From assembly GCA_965207445.1 (NCBI GenBank), contig CBDBLX010000002.1, forward strand, positions 2,295,849 to 2,359,848: a stretch of DNA of 64,000 nt, written 5' to 3'. Of the stretch, positions 40,917-51,934 are shown one piece after another; the first letter of the stretch is position 1, and each line of letters begins with the position of its first letter. This DNA comes from Nitrosopumilus sp. (lineage in GTDB: Archaea > Thermoproteota > Nitrososphaeria > Nitrososphaerales > Nitrosopumilaceae). The translations under genes were made by a program, and so were the position numbers. The notes beneath the pieces were generated by a model, which was not told the origin of the DNA, did no database searches, and was given only the letters and a program-made list of their open reading frames with translations.

Positions 40917-42377
40917 TTGACAGATGCATATGATGTTATAATAGCGGGTGGAGGATTGGCAGGTACAGTGACGGCGCAGGCAATATCACACTATACAAAC
41001 CAAAATGCCAACATACTAGTAATTGATCGGAATACACAGTATATGCCAGGTCGAAAATCTTTGGCAGGGTGGGTCTGCGGTGATGCATGTTCAAAAGACG
41101 CAGTTGATTACATGTCAGAACGCATAGGGGTAAACTGGACAAATCCAGAGATCGAGCATGACGTCAAGGGGGTAATGGCATTCTCACCAGACAAGGAGAC
41201 CTCAATACCATTTGACGGAGATGGATATATGCTAAATAGACAAAAGCTTCCAGAGATTCAAAACAGTAGATGTAAAAAAGTTGGCGTTGAGTTTGACTAT
41301 GAGATCAATCTGACAGGACTCCAATACGACGACAGACAGGTCATAGGAGTCAAGGGGGTAGATAACAAAACAAAAGAACCATACATGAAATCGGCAAAAG
41401 TTGTAGTAGATGCGACAGGAGTGACATCAATGTTGCGCAACGGAATCAAAAATACCACAAAGATAGAAAGGAGAATAGATAGGCGTGATTTGGAGTCTAC
41501 TGGCAGATACATAATGTATTTTGAGAAAGGTCAAGAGAATCTATCAGAGTTTGATCCAGATTATTGTATAATACACCTTGATCAAGATATTGCACCTGGT
41601 GGGTATGGGTGGGTATTCCCAAAGGGAGACAACAAAGTAAACATTGGACTTGGTGTCGAAAAATCACTACTTGGTAAAAGAAACCAAAGACTTGCTAAAA
41701 AAGACAACGTAGAATCACTAATGATAGAATATTTGAATCGAAACAAGGCCATAAAGAATCCAAAATTGTCAACAGACCCAGAAGATCAAAACAACAACTC
41801 AGGCATATTCCAAGTTTCAGTAAGACGACAAAATGATTGTATGGTATCAGGAGGATACTTACTTGTAGGTGACTCTGCATGGATGCCAAAACCAATTGAT
41901 GCAGGTGGAATTGGACCTGCATTAATTGCAGGAACGATACTTGGAAAGTGTGTTGCACAGGCACTAGAAGCAAACGACGTGACTGAAGGTGGATTATGGC
42001 AGTACAACTTGGACTTTATAGAAGAGTATGGCTACAAGACAGCAGGACTTGAGTTGTTCCGCAGACTGGTTCAACAAATGACAAATGAGCAGATAAGTTA
42101 TGGTATGAAGCATTTTCTTGGAAATATGGACATAGAGGCAATAAGTAAGGGCGAGCATCCAGATTTTTCAGGACTAAGTAAACTGAGTATGATAATAAGA
42201 GGAGCTATGAATAAGACAGTAGCAGACGGATTGAGATACACATCAAAGGAGAATCAATGGTTAGTAGAACATTATAGAAACTTTCCAAAAGAGCCATCTG
42301 GATTCGATATATGGAATAAAAAACTACACGCACGAATGGATGCAGCATTTGCAAAAGTAGCAACGTTTGGAAATTGA
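40917..42377 (+). CDS. geranylgeranyl-reductase-family FAD oxidoreductase
   Basis: IAGGGLAG, CGDA, VDATG, GGYGWVFPKG and VGDSA...PIDAGGIG motifs. Confidence 0.88.
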   Translation: MTDAYDVIIAGGGLAGTVTAQAISHYTNQNANILVIDRNTQYMPGRKSLAGWVCGDACSKDAVDYMSERIGVNWTNPEIEHDVKGVMAFSPDKETSIPFDGDGYMLNRQKLPEIQNSRCKKVGVEFDYEINLTGLQYDDRQVIGVKGVDNKTKEPYMKSAKVVVDATGVTSMLRNGIKNTTKIERRIDRRDLESTGRYIMYFEKGQENLSEFDPDYCIIHLDQDIAPGGYGWVFPKGDNKVNIGLGVEKSLLGKRNQRLAKKDNVESLMIEYLNRNKAIKNPKLSTDPEDQNNNSGIFQVSVRRQNDCMVSGGYLLVGDSAWMPKPIDAGGIGPALIAGTILGKCVAQALEANDVTEGGLWQYNLDFIEEYGYKTAGLELFRRLVQQMTNEQISYGMKHFLGNMDIEAISKGEHPDFSGLSKLSMIIRGAMNKTVADGLRYTSKENQWLVEHYRNFPKEPSGFDIWNKKLHARMDAAFAKVATFGN

Positions 42378-42513
42378 TTTGAAATGTTTTAGTATGTGTA
42401 TTCAAAAATATCAAATACACTAAAAATTAAAAAAAAGTATGTATAATTAGAATTATACAAACATTAACAGTATTATCATTTAGTTAAAATATCACACATA
42501 TACAAGAAGAATA

Positions 42514-43440
42514 ATGGATTCAAATGCATCATCACCATCATCACCATCATCATCACCATCATCACCATCATCGTCACGCACTACAAAATACCTAGACTGG
42601 AATAACTCACTTGAGGTATTACATAGTGCATATGATGCAGGGTTGTTTGTGCTAGTTGTGGGCCCAAAAGGCACAGGTAAGACATCGCTTGTAAGAGAAT
42701 TTGCACGTATCAAAAATGATGAGAAAAGACAGCAGACAGGCAAACAATACAACTTAGAATCAATAAACTTTAGCCTTCGAACACGTGAGAGTCACCTCGT
42801 TGGTGCAAAGACTCTCAGTGACGGAGACGTAACATTTGATGAAGGAATACTAGTACGATCTATGAGAAATGGCAACATACTATATCTAGATGAAATTAAC
42901 GCAGCAGAAGCAGATGTTTTGTTGAGATTAGATGAGGCGCTAGATGACAGGCATCAGATAGTCTTAAAGGAATCATCTTCAATGGAGGTGATTAAAGCAG
43001 ATGAAAAATGGTTCGTGGTTGCAACCATAAACCCACTCAGTCACAGTGGTACAAAGGAACTACCACCTCAATTGTTGAGTAGATTTCCCGTAAGAATAAA
43101 ATTAGAATATCCGCCCCAAGATATAGAAATTGAGATCATAAAAACAAATATCGGAGATGTAAATGATACTATGCACGATGACATAATACAAGCAATCAAA
43201 CTTGCAAATACATTAAGGCAAGCAGCAGCAGTAGAAGAATTATTTTACTCACCGAGTATTAGAGAGACCATTGCATTTGCAAAACTACTGAAAAAAGGTG
43301 TGTCTAAAAGAAAGGCTGCTGAGTGGGTGTTTGGAAACGTATATGCACAGTGGGGACACATAGAGTATCAAAAAGTAAGTGATATAATAACATCAATGTT
43401 CGGAGTGGATTCAACATATCGCATAGATGGCAATAAGTGA
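42514..43440 (+). CDS. MoxR/CbbQ/NirQ-type AAA+ ATPase
   Basis: Walker A GPKGTGKT, LYLDEIN, ATINP and LLSRF. Confidence 0.92.
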   Translation: MDSNASSPSSPSSSPSSPSSSRTTKYLDWNNSLEVLHSAYDAGLFVLVVGPKGTGKTSLVREFARIKNDEKRQQTGKQYNLESINFSLRTRESHLVGAKTLSDGDVTFDEGILVRSMRNGNILYLDEINAAEADVLLRLDEALDDRHQIVLKESSSMEVIKADEKWFVVATINPLSHSGTKELPPQLLSRFPVRIKLEYPPQDIEIEIIKTNIGDVNDTMHDDIIQAIKLANTLRQAAAVEELFYSPSIRETIAFAKLLKKGVSKRKAAEWVFGNVYAQWGHIEYQKVSDIITSMFGVDSTYRIDGNK

Positions 43441-45062
43441 TATTGATGTTAGAGGAGAGGCAACCCCTACAACAACATCGGCAGATAAAGATCTCATCAG
43501 ATGCACTCATCGAGATTGCAACATTTTTGGCAAGGAGGTGGTCTGAAAACAACACAACTACAGTTGAGATAACAGAGAGGTTGTCAGAAACTAGAACAAG
43601 ACTCAAAGACAATATTATAACAATATCACCACCAGAAAAAAGAACAGGTGACGGTTTTCAAAGATACAGACAATTTCGCACTTCATTGTGGTACGAGTCA
43701 ATGAAGATAAGACATTGTGAAAAGATACTGAGCAACGATCACGCATTTGGATTTATACTCAACTCTATGGAGACATGCAGAATTGAGCAAGTAGGAATAA
43801 AGGTCTGGCAGGGCATGAGTCACGAGATCGTTATGCATCGTGCACATATGTTAGTTGAGAGACCACAGTTACACGAAGTGTACGGAAGGGCACGCATAGT
43901 AGAAGCATTTTATCAACATATGATGTTTGGAGTCATTAAAGGTGAGATGCAGTCAAGCCACGAAGAGCGCATAATAAAAGCAACTAAATTTGCAAGAGAC
44001 GTAATATCACAAGCAGTAGCAGAGAATCGAGGAACCAAATGGGTAGAGAGTCACACTAGCCGCATCATAATGATGCTAGATATCGATTCGCTCATGACCA
44101 TACCAATATCATTACCATTTACCAGAGCAGGCATGGCACTAGATCAAAAAGAGATGGAAAAGGTCCTAAAGATTGTATCCCAACACGACAAAAAGGCAGG
44201 TCTTGTAGATATAGATGACACATCATTAATTCTACAGGGAGCAGATGACGTATACGATGAGTATACGATGCTACTTGATGAAAACCAACGTATCGAAAAC
44301 AGAGGTCTAACATCAGTAGAACAAATAGGCATAAAAACGCCAAACACAAAAGACAGAGTTGACGAATCTACCATATATGATGCAGCTCTCATAAATGGTC
44401 TTAAAATAAAATTCAAAGAATGGAAAAGTGGATGGAAGGAGATCTATGTTGCATCAGCAGGAGAAGAGTTTGATGCTGAGGGCTACATAGAGGAAACAAA
44501 CAACCCATTCATATCAGATGCAAAGAGATCTATAAAGACCAAAATTACAATACTGCTTGATCACTCATCATCAATAGCATCAGATGCCAAAGAATACAAA
44601 AAAGCAACACTAGCATTATGCGAAGTGCTGTCGTTTTTAAGAGTGGAATTCTCAGTTTATGCATTCAACACACAAGACAGAGCAGTAGTTTGTTGGTCTA
44701 TAAAACCGTATTCTGTAAAATGGAATACAATCACAGCAAAGAGACTGGCTCGCATAGTGGCAAACGGATCTACACCGCTAGCAGAAGTGTATGATAAAAT
44801 GTACCCCATACTACAAGCAAAGAGTACAGATACATTTTTAACACTTACAGATGGTGAGCCATCAGATCCAGATGCTGTAAGAGATATGATTAAAAAATTA
44901 AAGAGTCTAAACATTAATGTGGTTGCACTAGGATTAGGGCCAAACATTATACGATCTACTACCATAGCAAATAACCTCAAGCACCTCGGGTATGAAAAGA
45001 CTGTTGCAGTCAGTAGGTTGACAGATATTCCAAACAAGGTAATGAGCATATTAGAAAAATAA
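43437..45062 (+). CDS. von Willebrand factor A domain protein (MoxR partner)
   Basis: MIDAS LLDHSSS, NGSTPL and LTDGEP; overlaps ATPase stop. Confidence 0.9.
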   Translation: MILMLEERQPLQQHRQIKISSDALIEIATFLARRWSENNTTTVEITERLSETRTRLKDNIITISPPEKRTGDGFQRYRQFRTSLWYESMKIRHCEKILSNDHAFGFILNSMETCRIEQVGIKVWQGMSHEIVMHRAHMLVERPQLHEVYGRARIVEAFYQHMMFGVIKGEMQSSHEERIIKATKFARDVISQAVAENRGTKWVESHTSRIIMMLDIDSLMTIPISLPFTRAGMALDQKEMEKVLKIVSQHDKKAGLVDIDDTSLILQGADDVYDEYTMLLDENQRIENRGLTSVEQIGIKTPNTKDRVDESTIYDAALINGLKIKFKEWKSGWKEIYVASAGEEFDAEGYIEETNNPFISDAKRSIKTKITILLDHSSSIASDAKEYKKATLALCEVLSFLRVEFSVYAFNTQDRAVVCWSIKPYSVKWNTITAKRLARIVANGSTPLAEVYDKMYPILQAKSTDTFLTLTDGEPSDPDAVRDMIKKLKSLNINVVALGLGPNIIRSTTIANNLKHLGYEKTVAVSRLTDIPNKVMSILEK

Positions 45063-45270
45063 TAACCATTATCATAATAATAATAATAACCACAACCATA
45101 ATAATCACAATAATAATAATAATTACATATAATAAACATCAATATTATTACATACAGTAAATTTCAACAATGCAAACACGCGGAAATATACATCAAACAT
45201 ATGATCGTTTTCAAAACCACAAATGCGACAGATCTCATATTTTATAAGAGCACGTATGTACGGTCATAGT

Positions 45271-46833
45271 ATGGTAGCAGCAGCACAAACAACAGATGTA
45301 GCACTATTGGAGCGCTTTGAAAGTGAAATATGGAGTAAAATACCACATATAGAAAAAAACGAGAATGGTGACGACACAGTGGTGGGTGCAACGTCACTAG
45401 TTGATATGACAGATGATCTCAGAGAGTGTGCCAGAACCATATACAAGATTGAACTAGATGCAAATCTCAAGATAGTAGGGAAACTTGACGCTGAGCTTTT
45501 AACAGGTTCAATAAAGGTCAGACCAGCAGTTCACATAATACACGATGCCATAAAAAACGGACATCTTCGTAGCGGACAAGCCGTAATTGAAGCCACATCA
45601 GGAAACTTTGGAATATCACTAGGATTACTTGCAAGACTTGGACTTCAGGTCATAGCATTTGTCTCAAGAAGGCTACAAGAAGGCGTATTTGAAGAACTTC
45701 GAAATGAAAAAGTAAACATAATTGATCTTGACATGGATGTATGTCCTGCGCCAGGTATGAAAGGTAACAAAGACGAGATAGCAGCAAGGGTAGCATCAGG
45801 GAATATACGCACACAGATCTTAGATTTAGGGTTTAAACCAGAACCATTTGATAATAATATACAAGAGATATTGGAGTTATTGCAAGCACAAGACATCATA
45901 AACCTTGCAAAGCTTCTCGCAAAAGTGTACGATTGCTTCTGCCCTGCACAATATGACAATATGTTAAACCCCGAAGCCCACATAACTACAACAGCAGTAG
46001 AGGTAGATGAGCAACTCGCAAAATTATCAGAGTCACTTGGAGAATATCAAATAATGTGTACGTTTGGCACAGGTGGCACATCATCAGGATTTGACAAGTA
46101 TATGACTGACAAGTACTCAAAGAATGCAGTTCATGTAGTCTTTCCACCTGTAGGCCAAGATGTAGCAGGAATAAGAACACAGGCTACAGCAGACGGACTA
46201 ACAATGTACAGACCAGGATCATATGCCGGTGAGCATATTATAGACTTTGAAAAAGTGAGACCACTGCACCGCTTTTTTGTAAAACAAAAAGGATATGATA
46301 TGGGGGAGAGTTCAGCTCTTGCAACATACGCGGCAATGAAAATGTCGCAAAATAATCAAGCACAAAAGTTTGTTGTTATAATTGCAGATGGTATCTCAAA
46401 GTACAAAAAAGCCATGGACGCGGCAGCCAAAATGACAGGTCGTATACAAGTCTCACTCAAAGAGGCAGCAGAATCCATTAATGAGTATGACAAGGTAGTA
46501 TGGGTTCACCCACAATATACACCACAGCAAGAAGGTATCGAGATTATTGCACGATCACTTGGCATTGACAAAGACAAAATAGCAATCCAAAAAGCAAGCA
46601 CTATTGAAAAACTATTAACAACACAAACAGTACCAGAAGAGCTAAGTCAAAGTCTACAGGGAGAAAAGGGCAAATGTTTGTTGATCTGCATGGCAGGCAA
46701 CACATCACTCATGACAACAAAGATGCTCGCAGGAAACGGAATTACAACTGAGAGTCTCAATGGCGGTATAACAGGTTTGCCAGAAAGTATGATGAAGAGT
46801 CCAGGTCAGATTGTAAAGGTGGCAACTGACTAA
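45271..46833 (+). CDS. PLP-dependent cysteine-synthase-family protein with C-terminal rhodanese-like domain
   Basis: TGSIKVR, EATSGNFG and GTGGT; C-terminal ICMAGNTS...SLNGGI. Confidence 0.85.
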   Translation: MVAAAQTTDVALLERFESEIWSKIPHIEKNENGDDTVVGATSLVDMTDDLRECARTIYKIELDANLKIVGKLDAELLTGSIKVRPAVHIIHDAIKNGHLRSGQAVIEATSGNFGISLGLLARLGLQVIAFVSRRLQEGVFEELRNEKVNIIDLDMDVCPAPGMKGNKDEIAARVASGNIRTQILDLGFKPEPFDNNIQEILELLQAQDIINLAKLLAKVYDCFCPAQYDNMLNPEAHITTTAVEVDEQLAKLSESLGEYQIMCTFGTGGTSSGFDKYMTDKYSKNAVHVVFPPVGQDVAGIRTQATADGLTMYRPGSYAGEHIIDFEKVRPLHRFFVKQKGYDMGESSALATYAAMKMSQNNQAQKFVVIIADGISKYKKAMDAAAKMTGRIQVSLKEAAESINEYDKVVWVHPQYTPQQEGIEIIARSLGIDKDKIAIQKASTIEKLLTTQTVPEELSQSLQGEKGKCLLICMAGNTSLMTTKMLAGNGITTESLNGGITGLPESMMKSPGQIVKVATD

Positions 46834-46864
46834 ACCATATTAACACCATCACAGATAATCATAT

Positions 46865-47326
46865 ATGATCATGAAGTGCCTCTCAGTATCACAACCATTT
46901 GCAGATCTCATAATATCAGGTAAAAAGACTATTGAGTTGCGTAAATGGAACACAAAATTTCGCGGCGAGATTTTGATACATGCTCCGCAAAAGGCACGTA
47001 CATCAGATTACAAGAGACTGAACATACCACAAAGGGAATATGTAGTAGGGGCAATTATAGGCAAAGTCACACTATATGATGTAATTGTGTATGGGTCAGT
47101 TGCACAGATCAAAAGAGATCAAAAAAGTCATCACGCAAGTAAAGAATTTTTTGAAAAAACCAAGTATGGATTTATGCTAAAAGAACCAAAATCATTCTCA
47201 GTTCCAATACCATACAGGGGCCAATTAGGGTTATTTGATGTAAATCTGACAAACACTAGCGACGATAGTATACTTGGGGACATTATAGATCAAGAGCACC
47301 GGTTTCGTTTAATTGGTCATCATTAA
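46865..47326 (+). CDS. ASCH domain protein
   Basis: LSVSQPFADLIISGKKTIELR.W.T..RGEILIHA. Confidence 0.9.
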   Translation: MIMKCLSVSQPFADLIISGKKTIELRKWNTKFRGEILIHAPQKARTSDYKRLNIPQREYVVGAIIGKVTLYDVIVYGSVAQIKRDQKSHHASKEFFEKTKYGFMLKEPKSFSVPIPYRGQLGLFDVNLTNTSDDSILGDIIDQEHRFRLIGHH

Positions 47327-47744
47327 ATAGATATAAAATTATCTATACAAAAATAGTAAATTATAATATCTTGAATAATGAGGCAAAATCACTCAATCAT
47401 CACATTGTAATCATTTTAATGAGTTTAGTAAACTACAACTAAAGTAATTCTGCGTTTTGTCAACTTGTTAACATGCAAATACAGGTACGTAATTGATGTG
47501 AAATTCTCAAGTGACAATTTCTGAAATATAGAAATTGCATGTATAAAATTACACATGTCGCCAAGGGACATGTAGAATAAATTTTTGATTAGTGTTGAGA
47601 GAAATCACTTTTAATAGTCAAGCAGAACTAGAATATCTAATTATACGCCATACCAAATATTATAAATCAACGTAGACCATATACAAATGATCAAATTTTT
47701 AATCAAAGTGTCTAGTATATATATGAGGCTTAAAAGTGCTTTTT

Positions 47745-48305
47745 ATGCCGCAAACAAAGCCCATAGTTAGCGTTGAGAATGTCGTGGCCTCAGCATCAGT
47801 AGAACAAAAGATAGATCTCAACGAGATTACAAAAAAATTTCCAGATACAGAATATCATCCAGAACAATTTCCAGGACTAGTGTTTAGACTCAACAACCCA
47901 CGTACTGCGACATTGATATTTCGTACAGGAAAGATGGTATGCACAGGTGCAAAATCAGAAGAGATGTCAATAAAGGCAGTAAACACAGTGGTACAGAGGC
48001 TAAGAAGAGGTAAGATCAAGATAAAACAAAATGCAACGATTACAGTTCAAAATATAGTAGCGGCAATCAATCTAGGAGGTAAGATTCATCTTGAAAAGGC
48101 TGCTAGAACGCTCCCAAGAAGCATGTATGAGCCTGAGCAGTTTCCAGGACTGATTCATCGCATGCTAGATCCAAAGACAGTGATCCTCTTGTTTGCATCA
48201 GGTAAACTAGTCTGCACAGGAGCCAAAAGGGAGAAAGATGTGTACCGCTCTGTTCATAATTTGCATGCATTGTTAGAGGAAAAAGATCTAATGTTATACG
48301 AATGA
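47745..48305 (+). CDS. tbp: TATA-box-binding protein
   Basis: Two repeats of NVVA...Y.PEQFPGL..R...LIF..GK.VCTGAK. Confidence 0.97.
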   Translation: MPQTKPIVSVENVVASASVEQKIDLNEITKKFPDTEYHPEQFPGLVFRLNNPRTATLIFRTGKMVCTGAKSEEMSIKAVNTVVQRLRRGKIKIKQNATITVQNIVAAINLGGKIHLEKAARTLPRSMYEPEQFPGLIHRMLDPKTVILLFASGKLVCTGAKREKDVYRSVHNLHALLEEKDLMLYE

Positions 48306-48672
48306 ACATTACTGTTATCATAGTATTATGAAATACCATTAAAATACAATCAATCACCAAAATTATAAAAAAGACAATAGACACAAGTAACATCTATAGT
48401 GATGTTCATAAATTTGGGCACAACGAAAAAATCATGCAAGGTAGTTTTTAACAGACATCTATGTATAGAAATGTTTAGTAATTCAGATTTGCTATATTTT
48501 TTAAAAGATAAAATGTCAAAAAATGTGGTGGCAGGACTCTATGATGCACACGTGCGCTAACATGTGACGGGACATTAAACATAGAGATTACATATGATAC
48601 TTTTAGTCCACCGCTGTATTCATCTATTTTGGAATCAGCAGTGCGAGGATTTGCCTTTACAAATGGGCACAT

Positions 48673-49007
48673 CAGTAGTTCGCAATATGCTCAATTTTTA
48701 ATGATCTTATTTTTAATTATACAGTGCGGCAGATTTACAATGGCAAGTAACCGCCGTGCTCTAATTCCCACCGAAGCAGTCTTCTGATCACTCCGGCAAT
48801 TGAATCCATAAATTATCTATTGTGAGTAATTTCTCATCTGTAAGTCCGTCGTAATTTTCGTATCTTGTTATTGCCCACAATCCATATAACAACATTTCAA
48901 AAAAATATCAACAGTAATCAGACTTGCAAGGCGTTGTTAGTTGTTTTTGGAGTTATGTTTTTTATCACTATAATTCCGTCTCTATTATCCAGCGCTTGCG
49001 ATAAGTC
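48673..49007 (-). mobile_element. truncated, diverged copy of the ISH3 element (one TIR plus transposase 3' end)
   Basis: CAGTAGTTCGCAATATG TIR preceded by ACAT; colinear with 24318-~24652; ends abruptly at the GC-rich island. Confidence 0.9.
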
Positions 49008-49072
49008 GGGAATTACACACTAGTTCACTTTGACCCGATGCGGGCAGTTAATTCGCCTCCGAGCCGCTGCTG

Positions 49073-51934
49073 CTATTCGCGCGCCGCCAGCGCGTTGGCA
49101 ATCTGCGGCCATAGTGGGCTGCTGTACTTTTCTGCATTGGTTTGCGCCTCTGCTGCGGTCATCGGGTTTGAGTGGTCAATCTCACCAAAGGCAGCTAGAA
49201 CACGGTTCCACCTGTCCACGTGCGCGTCGCCGTGCTGCGTCTGTGCCGCCAGCTCCCTGACGCTGTTGATCAGAGCAGGGTCTATGGCAGGCGGCGTGTC
49301 AGGCTCGGTCGGTACGTCAGGCGGCGTCTGCGGATCGTCCTGTTCTACTACTGCCGCCGCCTCTAGCAATGTCAGCACGTCGACAATCTGCGGCCACAGC
49401 GGGCTGCTGTACTTTTCTGCATTGGTTTGCGCCTCTGCTGCGGTCATCGGGTTTGAGTGGTCAATTTCACCAAAGGCAGCTAGAACGCGGTTCCACCTGT
49501 CCACGTGCGCGTCGCCGTGCTGTGTCTGGGACGCCATCGCGGTCACGTTGGCGACCAGCGCTGGGTCTATGGCGACTGCCGTCAGATTCTGCGCCTGTGT
49601 GAGCTTGTCGTACACGGGCGGCTGCATCAGGCTTGACGTCGTCCCGGCGTCCTGGACGTCCACGGTCCAGCTTACAAATTGGCCCGGCGTGTAGCCGGCT
49701 CCGGGATTTATCGTGAGCGTAACATTGTTGACATCTATGACGCCGTCGTTTATGGTCGGAACCTCCAGCGTATACGAGCCGATCAGTGGGATCTCCACTA
49801 TGCGCCAGCCCACGTCAGATGCGTTGAGTACGTTCCCGGTGTCCGAAAGGGTGACGTTGACTGGCAAAGGCGACTGCAGGGGGTGGGGGGCTGCGCCGAT
49901 GCTAAATGAGACGGGATCGCCCTCCGAGCCGCCGCTCGATATACCGATTGAGACTGTAGTCGGGGGTGGGGGGCTGCCGCTGCCCAGCGGGCCTGAGTCG
50001 TTGTCCAACACCGTGAACGTTATGGTGGACGGCTGCGCGATGCGGTAGCCGGAGCCCGGTAGTATGGTATAGGTGATTGTGCCATCGACCTCGTCGATGT
50101 TGTCGTCGTGCGTGTTTACAACTGATGAAGAACCAGTGACTTTATGTGTCCTGCCCGCCGGAATGTCGAGGGTTTGGTCACCGACCAGATATGCAAACCT
50201 CACAACGTCTCCGGTCTGGGCCACGTTGAAGTTGACTGTGATATCCGCTGAGTCGCACGTGTATCGCGTCTTGAATGCACGATCAGTGCCTGTATCGGTG
50301 CCCTCCGTGACGGTCAGGTTGCCGAACGCGCTCACATCCAGGTACACAGCCGGGCTGCCAGCCTCGCCTAACGTTATAGTCTTAGTCGTCGCGGTACCCT
50401 CCTTTATCTGGTAGCCGGGGCCGTCGAGCAGCTCGAATGTTATCTCGTTTCTGCTCCCAGAGTTGGGGTTGCAGTCAGTCGTAGTGGGTAGAATATCATA
50501 AAAGGATGAGCCATACGCTGCAAGCGTGCGCGTCTCGCCATTTTGATTGGTAGTGAGCGCCTGACCGTGCGTTGTGTATTTTATTGCTATAGTACTGTCG
50601 TCTCCGGGGGGACGAATTTCACCCGGCTCAGTATACGGAGATACGCCAGAACGATACGGCTCTATATCAAAACCAACCATCACATTATCACCCTCAAAGG
50701 AACTCTTATCCAACACATTCATGCTTATGCACGGGTTGCCAGGGGTGCACTTTTGGGGCGGCGGGGGCGGCGTTTGCGGGTTGTCGTGCGGTCCGGGGTC
50801 ATTGTCGCGCACCGAAATGGTGATGCTAGACGGGTCGCCCACCGTATAACCGTAGCCCGGCAGCACCTTTACGGTGACGGTGCCGTCCGGCTCGTCGACA
50901 GTGTCGTCGGTCAAGGCAATCGGCAGGTTTGCGCCACTCACAAAGCTAAGCAATGACCTTTCACCCGCCCCGTGATTCAAAAATTCCCCGGTCTGGGAGA
51001 TGATATAGTTGATTCTTAACTTGTATCCAAAGTTGTGGCCGGATGGGACCAAGTCAACACCGGCAAACTGGTTCTCTCGCGGGTTTGAGGGAAACCCCGG
51101 AGTAATTTCAACGTAGACCGGCGGCCACATCAATGGGTCGCCGTCCGGCACGATCCTCAGCAGAGGCGATATGCCGTAAGAATACCGGACGGACTGCGAG
51201 TGTTTGCCGTGCTCGTTCCTGCTGCCGTCTGACTCGCCTGGCGTCCCGCCGGCGTAAAAGTCATTATAGTTGTCTGCGATCCTGTCTCCCCCGACCCAGT
51301 ATATCGGGACGCCGGCGCCCTCGGTGTAGGTGTGGCTCCGGACATCGTCGCGGTCGGAGTGCCCAAAGTGCAGTACGCGAAAGTGGTCGTGTAATTCCCG
51401 TAGCGGCGAGGGTTCTGTCTTTAGAACGTTTACCGTCCGCTTATACACATGATAGCAATAATCCCCGCCGTTTTTATTTATGTTAGTTCCCTCACCGTTA
51501 TTGTTCCTTTCAACAATATTCCAATAGACATCCGAGCTGACCATCTGGCCATAATAACCATAACACTGAACAGTAGGATCATCGGTTAAACGATAGTGCG
51601 TCGTCTTACCGTACGTAAAGATGTTAGATGTTTCAATCAAGCCCTGCATCTTGGCATCCGTAAATGAATGTCCGACGGATGGTGTGAACAGTAATCTAAA
51701 CGTGTCCCCTACTGCCAGGCCGTCAGGTGCGTAGGCCCAGTCCTGGGGCACGTCGAATCCCGCATAGGCGTGCGCGTCTTCTGCCGCTACTACCGAGAGC
51801 GCGGACGCGCCAAGCACTGCCAGTGCAGCCAGCGCGCACATTCTCAGGGCGCGTGTGCAATATGCACCCCCCCCCCCCCCCCCGGTGCGCGAGTCGTGTC
51901 GAGGGATCCCTGTATCATACACTATATATGACAC
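49073..51934 (-). CDS. large GC-rich secreted/surface protein with Calx-beta-like domains and duplicated C-terminal helical repeat
   Basis: Signal peptide ending AEDAHA; DD.VDE.DG..T...PG.GY....S.....V.DND units; Pro-rich linkers; two C-terminal HVDRWNRVLAAFG repeats; start uncertain (GTG 51934, ATG 51842, or ATG 51918 via G-tract slippage). Confidence 0.8.
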   Translation of the reverse strand: MSYIVYDTGIPRHDSRTGGGGGGAYCTRALRMCALAALAVLGASALSVVAAEDAHAYAGFDVPQDWAYAPDGLAVGDTFRLLFTPSVGHSFTDAKMQGLIETSNIFTYGKTTHYRLTDDPTVQCYGYYGQMVSSDVYWNIVERNNNGEGTNINKNGGDYCYHVYKRTVNVLKTEPSPLRELHDHFRVLHFGHSDRDDVRSHTYTEGAGVPIYWVGGDRIADNYNDFYAGGTPGESDGSRNEHGKHSQSVRYSYGISPLLRIVPDGDPLMWPPVYVEITPGFPSNPRENQFAGVDLVPSGHNFGYKLRINYIISQTGEFLNHGAGERSLLSFVSGANLPIALTDDTVDEPDGTVTVKVLPGYGYTVGDPSSITISVRDNDPGPHDNPQTPPPPPQKCTPGNPCISMNVLDKSSFEGDNVMVGFDIEPYRSGVSPYTEPGEIRPPGDDSTIAIKYTTHGQALTTNQNGETRTLAAYGSSFYDILPTTTDCNPNSGSRNEITFELLDGPGYQIKEGTATTKTITLGEAGSPAVYLDVSAFGNLTVTEGTDTGTDRAFKTRYTCDSADITVNFNVAQTGDVVRFAYLVGDQTLDIPAGRTHKVTGSSSVVNTHDDNIDEVDGTITYTILPGSGYRIAQPSTITFTVLDNDSGPLGSGSPPPPTTVSIGISSGGSEGDPVSFSIGAAPHPLQSPLPVNVTLSDTGNVLNASDVGWRIVEIPLIGSYTLEVPTINDGVIDVNNVTLTINPGAGYTPGQFVSWTVDVQDAGTTSSLMQPPVYDKLTQAQNLTAVAIDPALVANVTAMASQTQHGDAHVDRWNRVLAAFGEIDHSNPMTAAEAQTNAEKYSSPLWPQIVDVLTLLEAAAVVEQDDPQTPPDVPTEPDTPPAIDPALINSVRELAAQTQHGDAHVDRWNRVLAAFGEIDHSNPMTAAEAQTNAEKYSSPLWPQIANALAARE
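49099..49573. repeat. intragenic ~190-bp direct repeat pair (49099-49288 / 49384-49573)
   Basis: Near-identical DNA at 285-bp offset encoding AIDPAL...SSPLWPQI twice. Confidence 0.9.
51867..51883 (-). repeat. G17 homopolymer at the 5' end of the surface protein gene
   Basis: 17 consecutive C on the + strand. Confidence 0.95.

Noticed and set aside
49099..49573. Diversity-generating retroelement TR/VR pair
   Set aside because: Both copies are in-frame coding, differences are not adenine-specific, and no reverse transcriptase is present.
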